From: a virus
Lineage: Duplodnaviria > Heunggongvirae > Uroviricota > Caudoviricetes
Length of the DNA: 64,000 bases
Virus record (IMG/VR): IMGVR_UViG_3300035208_008116
Span: 9,539-73,538 of that record
Strand: one strand, 5' to 3'
The number at the start of each line of letters is the position of its first letter. Position 1 is the stretch's first letter. Below the pieces are notes generated by a model that was given only the letters and a program-made list of their open reading frames with translations, was not told the DNA's origin and searched no databases. Shown one piece after another: positions 28,846 to 37,604 of this stretch. The translations under genes and the position numbers were made by a program.

Positions 28846-29091
28846 ATGGAAGGAGATATTAGAGACGGGGAAGTTGTCGATGGTGAAAAGGGAGAAGAAA
28901 AGAAGTTAAAGGAAACTTTAGCTGAAAAATATAAAAGAGTCGGTTTAACAATAGAGAATTTACTTAAGGCTGAAGGCCTCCAGATGGATGTGATCCACCA
29001 GGTGTTCTTTCGCCCTATCCAGCCTGAAAAGACCCCTATTATCGACGCGTCGGCAGTGTCCGAGGTCCCAGAAAAAAGGGGGGAGGCTTAA
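28846..29091 (+). CDS. hypothetical acidic protein
   Basis: 81-aa ORF. Confidence 0.3.
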   Translation: MEGDIRDGEVVDGEKGEEKKLKETLAEKYKRVGLTIENLLKAEGLQMDVIHQVFFRPIQPEKTPIIDASAVSEVPEKRGEA

Positions 29092-29092
29092 C

Positions 29093-29139
29093 TTATCCAC
29101 AACTTTTTACTTGCCAAGTGAAAAGAATGGGTGTATAAT
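29093..29139 (+). promoter_or_regulatory. class-I promoter P3 (TTATCCACA; TTGCCA-17-TGTATAAT)
   Basis: -35 29111-29116, -10 29134-29139, ATG 29146. Confidence 0.65.
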
Positions 29140-29145
29140 AGGCGT

Positions 29146-29373
29146 ATGAATGAAATAATAGGAAGAGAGGTATCAAATGATCGTGGGTCGATAATGGTTA
29201 GTTGGAACAAACCCTTGTTCCGGAAACTATCTAAGGCCTATATCAAGGCGACAGAAGCTGGGGAAGAGTCATTCACTATGGATGACTTGGCTTTTGATAC
29301 AAAATATGCCGGGTACCTCCTTCTCTATTTGGCAGATAAATTAGGAGTTAAAAATAAAAAAAATGGCAAATAA
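29146..29373 (+). CDS. hypothetical protein (leaderless; ORF-track GTG start at 29131 is inside the -10 box)
   Basis: first ATG 6 nt after TATAAT. Confidence 0.4.
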   Translation: MNEIIGREVSNDRGSIMVSWNKPLFRKLSKAYIKATEAGEESFTMDDLAFDTKYAGYLLLYLADKLGVKNKKNGK

Positions 29374-29581
29374 ATTGACGTCCTTAGGGGAGCTCGCCCT
29401 TGAGCTAAAAATTAATAAGAGTCAACTATTATATTATCATAAGTTGGGGCTTATTAATCCGATTGAGACAGTTGGGAGGATGAATCTTTTTGATCGTCAA
29501 GAGACAATTGGAGTGATTAAAAAAATCCAAAAGTTGCAATCAGCTTCAAAAAGTTTGAGCGAGATAATGGATCTTCTTTAG
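29363..29581 (+). CDS. MerR-family HTH regulator (short)
   Basis: LGELA...LLYYHKLGLINP N-terminal MerR HTH signature. Confidence 0.5.
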   Translation: MANKLTSLGELALELKINKSQLLYYHKLGLINPIETVGRMNLFDRQETIGVIKKIQKLQSASKSLSEIMDLL

Positions 29582-29590
29582 GATTTAAAA

Positions 29591-31339
29591 ATGAAAAAAA
29601 TATTAGCGCAAAATTTGGGTTATCATCATTTTGCTTTTTACTTCGACTACGAAGAGACAATCGTTGAATTCTGTCGGTGGATAAAAGCAACATATGGATA
29701 TCAAAACTTCACCTTCTACGGCTTTAATGGAACTAAAGCCTGGATTTTTAGTGATCCTCAAATTTTAGCAGCGATTAAAAATAATTATCCTGATACTGAG
29801 TTAGACTTAGTGTCTGACGATGCTTATCGAAAAGCCCTCGTTAAGATGGGGGAAGACGAGAGGATTGAAACTAGGGCTATAGAATTGAAATCGGCGACTG
29901 ATTCTGATATTAAAATACCTAATCTGAAGTTACCTCTTTACCCTTATCAAAAGGTGGGGGTAGAATTTTTTATTAATAACCAAGGAAGGGCTATCTTGGC
30001 TGATCAGATGGGGACGGGCAAGACTGCGACGTCCTTAGCTTATATCGTTTATAAAGGAAGTCGAAGATCTTTAGTTATTTGTCCCGCCTCAGTTAAGTTT
30101 GCATGGAAAGATGAAGTCGAGAAATGGACGACTTTAAGGTGCCGTGTGGTTCAGAGCAGTGATGACAAAGAGGTCTTTAAGGAGAGGGCAGATATTTTTA
30201 TTATAAATTATGACATCGTCCGAAAATTTAAAGATTCTATCCTTAGTCGGCAGTGGGAGGTTTTAATCTGCGATGAGTTTCACATGATTAAGAATAGTCA
30301 GGCTCAAAGGACAAAATCAGTAAAGGAAATTGCCAAGGGTATTGAATCTTGTCTCCTCTTGAGCGGAACCCCACTACTTAATAAGCCTGTTGAATTATTC
30401 AATGGCCTTAATTTGATGGATCCTCGAACGTGGAATAATTACAGTACTTATGTTTATCGTTATTGTGGGGCAAAAAGAACGAGGTATGGTTTAGAAGTAA
30501 AGGGGGCCACAAATATTGAAGAGCTCCAGCAACGGATCCAAAAATACTTTTTAAGAAGAACAAAAGAGCAGGTCTTAAAAGATCTCCCCCCGAAGAGATT
30601 CATTAGTATTCCAGTGGAACTTGAACCATCCATCGCTAAAGAGTATTCCATTCTAGAGGCTTCGTTAAGGCAATATCTTCTTCAGGTTAAAAAGAAGAAA
30701 GGGGTAGATGTTGAGAAGACCTTAGGGAGTGAGCACTTAGTTAAGCTTGGACACATGAGGCAGTTAACGACGAGGGGAAAACTAGCAACAGCTGAGGAAT
30801 TGATCAAAAACATTGTGGATAGCGGAGAGAAAGTGGTGGTGTTCTCAAACTATCATGAGCCTTTAGTGGAGTTAAATAGGAAGTTTTTTTCGAGCTCTGT
30901 TCTCCTTACTGGTCAAACAAAAGTAGAAGATCGAAGAGAGATGGTGGAAGAATTTCAGCAGAATAAGAATATAAGAATTTTCTTCGGTGGAATAAAAAGT
31001 GCGGGGGTTGGTATTACTCTAACATCGGGAACGGTAGTAGTGTTTATAGATTATAGTTGGGTACCAGCAGACCACAGCCAAGCGATCGATCGCATCCATC
31101 GCATCGGTCAAACAGCTGAGGCCGTGACAATCTATCAACTCTTTGCTCGTCATACAATAGATGAAATGATGAAGAAACTTCTTGAGAAAAAACAAGTTAT
31201 TTTTGATCGATTAATTGAGGGGAGAGACGGAGAAGCTCTTGAAGGGGATGTAGTGAGTGATTTGCTAGCAATGGTAAAAGCTGAAGAATTTGAATTTACT
31301 GTTGATAGTAAAGGGCGAAAAAAGTTATCCACAGTATGA
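29591..31339 (+). CDS. SNF2-family DEAD/H helicase
   Basis: LYPYQKVGVEF, DQMGTGKT, LICDEFHMIKN, SGTPLLNKP, C-terminal helicase motifs. Confidence 0.8.
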   Translation: MKKILAQNLGYHHFAFYFDYEETIVEFCRWIKATYGYQNFTFYGFNGTKAWIFSDPQILAAIKNNYPDTELDLVSDDAYRKALVKMGEDERIETRAIELKSATDSDIKIPNLKLPLYPYQKVGVEFFINNQGRAILADQMGTGKTATSLAYIVYKGSRRSLVICPASVKFAWKDEVEKWTTLRCRVVQSSDDKEVFKERADIFIINYDIVRKFKDSILSRQWEVLICDEFHMIKNSQAQRTKSVKEIAKGIESCLLLSGTPLLNKPVELFNGLNLMDPRTWNNYSTYVYRYCGAKRTRYGLEVKGATNIEELQQRIQKYFLRRTKEQVLKDLPPKRFISIPVELEPSIAKEYSILEASLRQYLLQVKKKKGVDVEKTLGSEHLVKLGHMRQLTTRGKLATAEELIKNIVDSGEKVVVFSNYHEPLVELNRKFFSSSVLLTGQTKVEDRREMVEEFQQNKNIRIFFGGIKSAGVGITLTSGTVVVFIDYSWVPADHSQAIDRIHRIGQTAEAVTIYQLFARHTIDEMMKKLLEKKQVIFDRLIEGRDGEALEGDVVSDLLAMVKAEEFEFTVDSKGRKKLSTV

Positions 31340-31370
31340 ACTTGCCAAGTAGATAAAATGGGAGTATAAT
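31325..31370 (+). promoter_or_regulatory. class-I promoter P4 overlapping helicase stop codon
   Basis: TTATCCACA 31325-31333, TTGCCA 31342-31347, TATAAT 31365-31370. Confidence 0.65.
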
Positions 31371-31426
31371 AGAAGAAGATAAAAAGAGGTTAAGGTCGAA
31401 CCCTCTTGGAGAATAAAGATATTAGT

Positions 31427-31585
31427 TATGGAAAAATGCGATAAGTGTAAGAAGAAGGTTAATCTTTACCGTTTTACTTGGAGGTACAATGATAAAGAAA
31501 GAACCTACTTAAAGTCAAAGAGATTCATTATCCATACAGGGTATAAATATCTTTGCAAGAAGTGTTTACTAGAAATTATTAATTA
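31427..31585 (+). CDS. small zinc-ribbon protein (52 aa; CDKC...CKKC)
   Basis: first ORF downstream of P4. Confidence 0.35.
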
Positions 31586-31603
31586 GATTAAATAAATAGA
31601 TAT

Positions 31604-32413
31604 ATGGACAATCGTAGTGCAAAAACGTTTTTATGGACAGTCGGGGTGATTATCGCCATAATTTTAGTTATCATTCTACTTCCTTTTAAAATTATTGGAG
31701 CAGGTGAGAGAGGGGTAGTCCTTCGGTTTGGAGCGGTCAATAGGATCATGCCTCCGGGGTTGAGTTTTAAACTCCCTTTGATGGAGAGAGTTGCTGTCAT
31801 TGACATAAAAACTCAAAAGGAACAAGTGGAAGCAAATGCCGCCTCAAAAGATCTTCAGAGTGTTAGTGCGGTTATTGCTGTTAACTATAATGTAATGCCA
31901 GATAAGGTTGATTCCTTGTGGAAGAATATTGGCTCTGATTATAAAGTTAGAGTTATTGATCCTGCCATCCAAGAAGCCGTCAAGGCCGCGACAGCAAACT
32001 ATACTGCCGAAGAGTTGATTACTAAAAGGCCCCTAGTTAGTGAGGGGATAAAAACGAATCTTTCCGAAAGACTCCGACCTGATTTCATTATGGTCACAGA
32101 GCTGTCAATCGTGAATTTTGATTTTTCTGAGTCCTTTAATTCTGCTATTGAGAGTAAAGTGACAGCTGAGCAAAATGCGTTAGGGGCTAAGAATAAATTG
32201 GCCCAAGTTAAGTTTGAGGCTGAACAACGCATTGCTACCGCTCAAGCAGAGGCTGAGGCTATTAAGTTAATGTCAGAGGCGGCGAACAATGAGAAGTATG
32301 TGTCTTTAAAGAAGGTCGAAGTTCAGTTAGAGATGGCTAAGAAGTGGAATGGGGCGTTGCCTGTTAATCTTTACGGATCTTCTCCTATTCCATTCATTGA
32401 CATTGCTAAGTAA
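31604..32413 (+). CDS. SPFH/band-7 (stomatin/prohibitin-like) membrane protein
   Basis: N-terminal TM helix then GERGVVLRFGAV SPFH core. Confidence 0.7.
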   Translation: MDNRSAKTFLWTVGVIIAIILVIILLPFKIIGAGERGVVLRFGAVNRIMPPGLSFKLPLMERVAVIDIKTQKEQVEANAASKDLQSVSAVIAVNYNVMPDKVDSLWKNIGSDYKVRVIDPAIQEAVKAATANYTAEELITKRPLVSEGIKTNLSERLRPDFIMVTELSIVNFDFSESFNSAIESKVTAEQNALGAKNKLAQVKFEAEQRIATAQAEAEAIKLMSEAANNEKYVSLKKVEVQLEMAKKWNGALPVNLYGSSPIPFIDIAK

Positions 32414-32439
32414 TTATTAGTTAAGCTAAATATATTATT

Positions 32440-32994
32440 ATGAAGTTAAGATATTATGCCGGTAAGTTGACCGGAATTGCCGAGACCTTAGAGGATATGA
32501 AACTCCTGATGGAGGTTTCAAAGGGAAAGGTTGTTAGTGACCATGCCCCTCGTGGTAAAAAGGACCCTACTCCTTCCCGCCAATTAAAAAAGAAGGGAAA
32601 GGGTTCCAGACCAGGAAGTAGTGCATGGGTGTCGTGCTCTGTTTGTGGCAGGATTTTTAGGGGGTACAAGACTCTAAATAACCATCTCCGTATTGCCCAT
32701 GGCATTACGAAGGAGGTTATTGCTCCCTCAAAATTAAAAAGAATCGCATCAAAGCCAGATCTTCCATGTCCTATCTGTGGGAAAGTCAAGAAGGGGTATC
32801 ATGCTTTGGCCAACCACCTCCGAATGGTACATGGTCTTCAAAAGAAAGATCTGCACAAGAAGGGGATCTACCTTGGAAGGGGTTATGGAGACAAGCGATA
32901 TACAGGAAAGGTTATAACCAACTACCTTGATGACAATTCTGCTGAGGCCGAGGAAAAATTGGCTGAAGAGCGAAAAGGTTGGATAGAAGTATAG
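32440..32994 (+). CDS. tandem C2H2-type zinc-finger protein
   Basis: CSVCGRIF-x12-HLRIAH and CPICGKVKK-x-HLRMVH. Confidence 0.5.
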   Translation: MKLRYYAGKLTGIAETLEDMKLLMEVSKGKVVSDHAPRGKKDPTPSRQLKKKGKGSRPGSSAWVSCSVCGRIFRGYKTLNNHLRIAHGITKEVIAPSKLKRIASKPDLPCPICGKVKKGYHALANHLRMVHGLQKKDLHKKGIYLGRGYGDKRYTGKVITNYLDDNSAEAEEKLAEERKGWIEV

Positions 32995-33293
32995 TTATGG
33001 TTAAGAAGTCCAAAAAAGTTGACGAACAACCTCGCTCCATTACCTTTACGGTAGTGGACGAGGAAAATCGTCCGGTCGAAATGATTAGAGTAAGTAGTGA
33101 TGGATTCTTCTTTAAAGGGGAGAAAGTTGAGGATAAAGAGAAAATTTATGACAGGATGTGCCAGTGGTTAGCGGTCGCTGAAGAGATTTCAAATCTTGAG
33201 CTAAAGCGAAATCAACTATTGGCTGCCAGTCTTAAAGACATCATGGCTAAGTATCCTGAGTATGCCCCTAAAGATGACCCGATCGTTAGTTAG
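32979..33293 (+). CDS. hypothetical protein
   Basis: 104-aa ORF. Confidence 0.3.
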   Translation: MDRSIVMVKKSKKVDEQPRSITFTVVDEENRPVEMIRVSSDGFFFKGEKVEDKEKIYDRMCQWLAVAEEISNLELKRNQLLAASLKDIMAKYPEYAPKDDPIVS

Positions 33294-33302
33294 AAAATAA
33301 AG

Positions 33303-33881
33303 ATGAAAGCAAAAACAATAATGGGATGGGTTGGTGTTGGGAGTTTTATTCTTTTGGTAACCTTTTCTGTTTGGAGAAGCCAACAAGCGCCGGTTATCCA
33401 AATAAAAGAAGAAAGTAAGGTTCCGATAGAGAGAGAAGCAGCGGATATCAAATCCATCCCAGTTATTGGTTCTGATTGGTCTGACAGGTTCCTTATCGGT
33501 AATAACCATTATCGAGACATGGATCATAAAGTCCCATTAATTAGGTCCTCAATCTTGGATGATTCTGCCCAAAAAAAGGCTATAATTATAGCCAAATCTA
33601 ACACTTTTGCACACGTTGTCCCTGGGATGAGACTATTTTCTGATACAATGGGGGAGTCCGGGATCCTTGACCGAAGAGGCCAAACAGTGGGAGAAAATCT
33701 TATTTGTGGGTGGGCTTGGCAAGAGCCGGAAGAGTTAATGAAGATTCTTTATGAGTCTCCTGAACACAAAGAAAATATTGTGTTTGATAGATATCGATAT
33801 GTTGGTTTTGGGTATAGCCTAATGACTGTTGAGGGATGGCCTTGTGTCGTTGTCGTGACCCATTACGCGGTAGTACTTTGA
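33303..33881 (+). CDS. secreted CAP/SCP-like domain protein
   Basis: signal/TM at N-terminus; GENLICGW and HKENIVFDRYRYVGFG resemble CAP motifs. Confidence 0.3.
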   Translation: MKAKTIMGWVGVGSFILLVTFSVWRSQQAPVIQIKEESKVPIEREAADIKSIPVIGSDWSDRFLIGNNHYRDMDHKVPLIRSSILDDSAQKKAIIIAKSNTFAHVVPGMRLFSDTMGESGILDRRGQTVGENLICGWAWQEPEELMKILYESPEHKENIVFDRYRYVGFGYSLMTVEGWPCVVVVTHYAVVL

Positions 33882-33891
33882 CAATAAAAGA

Positions 33892-33914
33892 GGGGGCGAT
33901 TCGGCCCCCTTCTT
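33892..33914 (+). terminator. rho-independent terminator GGGGGC-loop-GCCCCC + T-rich tail
   Basis: directly after stop of 33303..33881. Confidence 0.5.
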
Positions 33915-34178
33915 CCCGAGTTTAAAAAAGGTATTGTGGCGGGACTTTAAGTTCTCGGTTATCCATACAGCCTAATCATCATTAACCACATAATGTGATG
34001 GTCTCGGGAATAAGGGGACTAAAAGTTAACAATCCCCCCCCTGGCTTTCTTTTCTCAGGGAGTATTAGGCTATTAGAAAGGGACGTTCTGGTTCTACCCC
34101 TAGCAGGTAATCGACTGGGGCTATCCGGATTATAATGGTTCTGCTCCTTGTGATAAGCAAATCAGGGTTTGCTTAAAA

Positions 34179-34427
34179 ATGGTCGAATTAGTTATTATTA
34201 CTAATCAAACTATTAAATTGATATTTATGAAGTCGTCTGTTAAGAATTGGATCATAGGGCTAGTGGTTGTTATTATGGTCCTCCTTTGTTTAGTTGTTAT
34301 TGTTCGGAGAAAAACTGTTTCTTCTTTGATTATCGAAGAAGCGGCCCCAGAAGAAATTGTTTCAGGGTCGTTAGATACAGTGGAAGTTCCGGAAGTAGCC
34401 TCGACAACAATTGAAAAAGAGAGTTAG
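34179..34427 (+). CDS. small membrane protein
   Basis: TM helix. Confidence 0.3.
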   Translation: MVELVIITNQTIKLIFMKSSVKNWIIGLVVVIMVLLCLVVIVRRKTVSSLIIEEAAPEEIVSGSLDTVEVPEVASTTIEKES

Positions 34428-34463
34428 GAGCTCTCGGCAATTCAGTCCGTTAACTGATAACTT

Positions 34464-34871
34464 ATGGCTTATAAACATTTTGCGATTGCGATGGTTTTCA
34501 TTTTGCTGACCATCCCGACAATCGCTTGGGGTCGCAGTATACTGGAACCTTGTGATTTAGAGAGTGTTGAGGGCAATATTTGCTTAATCACTCGTGAAGC
34601 TGAAAAACAAGGTGTGGATGTGGAGACAGCACTGGCGATAGCAAAATGTGAGAGTGGTATTAGGCACTACGATGAAAAAAAGGGGGGAGTCCTCAAGGGG
34701 ATAGAAAATCCTCTTGATACTGGAATTTTCCAAGTAAACCTTTATTATCATGGTGCAACAGCGAAGAAACTGGGATATGATCTTTATGACAAACAGGACA
34801 ATATCACTTACGCAATTAAGGAAGTAATGGCAAAAGATGGATTTTCTCCGTGGTATTGTTGGTCAGGCTAG
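34464..34871 (+). CDS. SLT-domain lytic transglycosylase
   Basis: signal peptide; catalytic CES and GIFQVN motifs. Confidence 0.55.
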   Translation: MAYKHFAIAMVFILLTIPTIAWGRSILEPCDLESVEGNICLITREAEKQGVDVETALAIAKCESGIRHYDEKKGGVLKGIENPLDTGIFQVNLYYHGATAKKLGYDLYDKQDNITYAIKEVMAKDGFSPWYCWSG

Positions 34872-35020
34872 GGCCAATAGCTCTCTAAGAGGCTCCCTGG
34901 AGGCCGTAGAAGGCGCGTAGCGCGATATTGGCGATAGACTTAGGGGTTTAGCTGGCTCTGCCCAAATAGCCTTAGCAAGAGGTCGAAAAACCTATTATTA
35001 GTTTAATTTAAAACAAACTC

Positions 35021-35236
35021 ATGGAAAACGAAGAAAAAGTAATCCCCGAGATCATTCCTGAAGAGGTTACTCCTGAGGTGTCTTCAGAAGATTCTGTTGA
35101 TACTGAAGAAGAGATTCTTGACGAAGTTGATGATGTCATGGCTGTTCCCTTTGATGGCGAAACTGAAGAAGAGGCCGAAAAAAGGATGGCTGATATCAAG
35201 GAAATGGAATCTGAGGGGGCAGAGTTTGCTGGTTAA
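35021..35236 (+). CDS. small highly acidic protein
   Basis: 71 aa, E/D-rich. Confidence 0.3.
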   Translation: MENEEKVIPEIIPEEVTPEVSSEDSVDTEEEILDEVDDVMAVPFDGETEEEAEKRMADIKEMESEGAEFAG

Positions 35237-35240
35237 ATAT

Positions 35241-35546
35241 ATGTTCGAGGATATTAGGCCTCATGGTAATCGGCTATTAGCTAAGATTATAACTGAGGAA
35301 ACAACGTCAAAGTCTGGGTTAATCCAGACGGCTAATTCAAATAATAAGTGGGCAACAGTGCTTGCTGTTGATGAAGAAGCAGAAACGGCAATAGAAAAAG
35401 GGGATTTAGTTTTCTTTTCTCTATTTCAGTCTGTTGAAGTTGATCCTCAGGACGTTACCTTAATCTTAGTAAAACTGGATGACGTCTTAGCTTATAAGAA
35501 GTCAGTGACTGACGACTTAAAGGAAGATGTCAGCGTTCTAGGTTAG
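35241..35546 (+). CDS. groES: GroES-like co-chaperonin
   Basis: IRPHGNRLLAKIITEETTSKSGLI...KGDLVFF...LILVKLDDVLAYK matches Cpn10 pattern; start set at ATG 35241 inside ORF 35097..35546. Confidence 0.6.
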   Translation: MFEDIRPHGNRLLAKIITEETTSKSGLIQTANSNNKWATVLAVDEEAETAIEKGDLVFFSLFQSVEVDPQDVTLILVKLDDVLAYKKSVTDDLKEDVSVLG

Positions 35547-35622
35547 ATACATCAGAGTCGGTGATTTTGGGTCTGGAGGAGGTCGAATCCCTCCGGTTAC
35601 ACCCCCAGCTTCACCACTCTAT

Positions 35623-35694
35623 TGCGGGGTAGGGTAGTGGTTCACCCACAAGGCTCATATCCTTGAGACACCGGTTCGAATCCGGTCCCCGCTA
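35623..35694 (+). tRNA. tRNA-Met/Ile2 (anticodon CAT), U1:U72 mismatch
   Basis: manual cloverleaf: D-stem GGGT/ACCC, anticodon loop CUCAUAU, T-arm ACCGG-TTCGAAT-CCGGT; gene 35697 starts 3 nt after the 3' end. Confidence 0.55.
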
Positions 35695-35696
35695 CA

Positions 35697-36476
35697 ATGA
35701 AATATGCAGTCATCACAATGGTTCATAATGGGGGATGGTATGTTCCTATCTGGCTTAAGTACTATCGTCAATTTTTTGCAGATGAAGATATTTATATTAT
35801 CAATCATGGCAGTACTGACGGCTCAATAACTGATGAGATAAGAAAAAGACACAAAGTCTCCGATCTTCCTTTTAGTGGGGTGATTAGTTTTGATTTTTTG
35901 GTAGCTAATGTCTCAATGCTCCACGCTAAATTGGAGGGACTTTATGATTATATTGTGATTGCTGATATCGATGAGTTGATTGTGGCTGACCCTAAATACT
36001 TTAAAGATTTGAGAGAGTATCTTGACCAATCAACATTAAGCCACATTTCTGTGGGGACAAGGTCTCTTATTCAAGAACCGGAGGAGAAGGAATTAGATTT
36101 ATCTAAACCTATTCTCCCTCAAAGAAAAGTTTGGTTTTCCGAACCTGATTACGAAAAGCCTTGTATCAACAAAGTGACTCCAATTTGGACAGTAGGATTC
36201 CATTATCTTTGTACAGAGCCAGGGACAATCGTCGACGGTATGCCTTCCTACAAGATTGTTCCGAAGGTTTATGATGATAGGGTTCTGCTGATACATCTTA
36301 ATCGAATGGATGTTAACCTTTCTCGAAAGAACCACAAGAATTACCAGAAGGATAGCTTACCAGAGAAAGGGCCTCAATGGAGTAAATTCCTTCCCGAAGA
36401 CGACTTTGATTTTTGGTATTATGGGACTGTATACAAAAAAGAGGTGATTCCCAAGAGGTTTAAACATATTTTTTAA
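35697..36476 (+). CDS. glycosyltransferase-like protein
   Basis: AVITMVHNG...DIDEL (DxD-like) arrangement. Confidence 0.3.
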   Translation: MKYAVITMVHNGGWYVPIWLKYYRQFFADEDIYIINHGSTDGSITDEIRKRHKVSDLPFSGVISFDFLVANVSMLHAKLEGLYDYIVIADIDELIVADPKYFKDLREYLDQSTLSHISVGTRSLIQEPEEKELDLSKPILPQRKVWFSEPDYEKPCINKVTPIWTVGFHYLCTEPGTIVDGMPSYKIVPKVYDDRVLLIHLNRMDVNLSRKNHKNYQKDSLPEKGPQWSKFLPEDDFDFWYYGTVYKKEVIPKRFKHIF

Positions 36477-36480
36477 CACA

Positions 36481-36504
36481 AAAAGCCCCGAGAGGGGGCC
36501 TTTT
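36481..36504. terminator. bidirectional rho-independent terminator (GCCCC-gagag-GGGGC flanked by A4 / T4)
   Basis: seen directly. Confidence 0.55.
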
Positions 36505-36543
36505 GTGAACCAATGAGTAAATCACTGCCGAAGTGACATCTTG

Positions 36544-36559
36544 ATACTACCATAAGTCC
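36544..36559 (-). promoter_or_regulatory. class-II motif copy (GGACTTATGgTAGTAT on minus strand)
   Basis: orientation conflicts with flanking + genes. Confidence 0.3.
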
Positions 36560-36609
36560 CCATTTTTGTATAGAATTTAGAGATTAATAGTCATAAATTA
36601 TAAATTTTT

Positions 36610-36867
36610 ATGAAGATTCCTTATAAAATAGAGATTTATTCGGCTCCTTTTTGTCATTATTGCCATAGTGCTAAAGATTTTTTAACAGAAAAAGGATATA
36701 AATTTACTGATTTTAACGTTTTGGACGATATTGATAAGCGAAAAGAGATGCAAGATCTGTCGGGGCAATTATCAATTCCTGTCATTGTTCTAAAAAATGG
36801 GAAAAAATCAGTTAAGGTTTTGACTGGTTTTGATAAAAAAGTCTTGGGTGAGGCGCTGGAATCCTAA
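36610..36867 (+). CDS. glutaredoxin/NrdH-like redoxin
   Basis: CHYC active site, IPVIV motif. Confidence 0.65.
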   Translation: MKIPYKIEIYSAPFCHYCHSAKDFLTEKGYKFTDFNVLDDIDKRKEMQDLSGQLSIPVIVLKNGKKSVKVLTGFDKKVLGEALES

Positions 36868-37012
36868 TTTGGCAATTTACAGAGGTGCTAGTGTAATTAA
36901 AAAGCTCTATCAGGTGGTGATTTGGAAGTAGAAGGCTTCGTCATTTTTGGCGGGGCCTTTCTGTTTTTGACAATTCACTTAGTTCTTGAAGAAGGCGTAT
37001 TATTCCTAGCAC

Positions 37013-37044
37013 AAAAAAAGCCCCATCGTTGGAAACGACAGGGC
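37013..37044 (-). terminator. rho-independent terminator for minus-strand block (hairpin + U7)
   Basis: rc: GCCCTGTCGTT-TCC-AACGATGGGGC then TTTTTTT. Confidence 0.5.
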
Positions 37045-37053
37045 TTAATTTGG

Positions 37054-37134
37054 CTATTTGGCTTTCTTCACTTTCTTAGCTTTCTTGGCAGGTTTTTTGG
37101 CTTCCCTTTTTGCTTTGTTTGCGCTCTTGGGCAT
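37054..37134 (-). CDS. tiny Lys-rich basic peptide MPKSANKAKREAKKPAKKAKKVKKAK
   Basis: ATG ORF immediately upstream of terminator. Confidence 0.25.
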   Translation of the reverse strand: MPKSANKAKREAKKPAKKAKKVKKAK

Positions 37135-37139
37135 TATGG

Positions 37140-37595
37140 CTATTCTAAAGTTTTAGCAACTTCGACTGCGGCTGCTTTGGTTACTTCTTTGATGAGCTTA
37201 TTGGTCTCGGCTTCTAGATCTTCTCGGCTGACCAAGATTTTTCCTTCAGTTATGTCAGTAATTCGAAGATTGACCTTTTCAACCTCTTTAGTTAGATCAA
37301 TTACTTTTTCTGAAAGACCTGCGATTGCTTCGCCTAAGAGCACTTTGTACTCATTTAGGTCTTTGGACTTATCTTCAAATTCAGGATCGGCTTCATCTAG
37401 TTTGGAGAGTTTGTAGTCACAGATAGCAACATCTTTTTCTTTCTCAAGGATAAATTTCTTAGTGTTATCAATACTAACATTGAGGTCTAAAAGTTCGGTG
37501 CGAACACTATTGATCATAAGCATTCGAAGATAATCACGAGAGATATCGCGGAGGCTGTTGATAATAGCGGTGTAAGACTTAGTGTTTGGTTGCAT
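37140..37595 (-). CDS. coiled-coil protein
   Basis: heptad-rich 151 aa. Confidence 0.3.
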   Translation of the reverse strand: MQPNTKSYTAIINSLRDISRDYLRMLMINSVRTELLDLNVSIDNTKKFILEKEKDVAICDYKLSKLDEADPEFEDKSKDLNEYKVLLGEAIAGLSEKVIDLTKEVEKVNLRITDITEGKILVSREDLEAETNKLIKEVTKAAAVEVAKTLE

Positions 37596-37604
37596 TAGAT
37601 TTAT

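Noticed and set aside
31538-33969. Additional DnaA-box-like TTATCCATACAG sequences at 31538-31549 and 33958-33969
   Set aside because: They are one mismatch from the box but not followed by the -35/-10 module. One lies inside a small ORF, so they are probably chance or weak sites rather than promoters.
35590-35606. A second tRNA upstream of tRNA-Met
   Set aside because: Only a T-arm-like hairpin is present; no acceptor/D/anticodon arms can be paired on either strand. It is kept only as a possible tRNA fragment.
36922-37416. 164-aa plus-strand ORF of low complexity (F/L/S-rich)
   Set aside because: It lies antisense to the minus-strand gene 37140..37595 and its terminator. Its composition mirrors the antisense of Lys/Glu-rich coding DNA, so it is likely non-coding.
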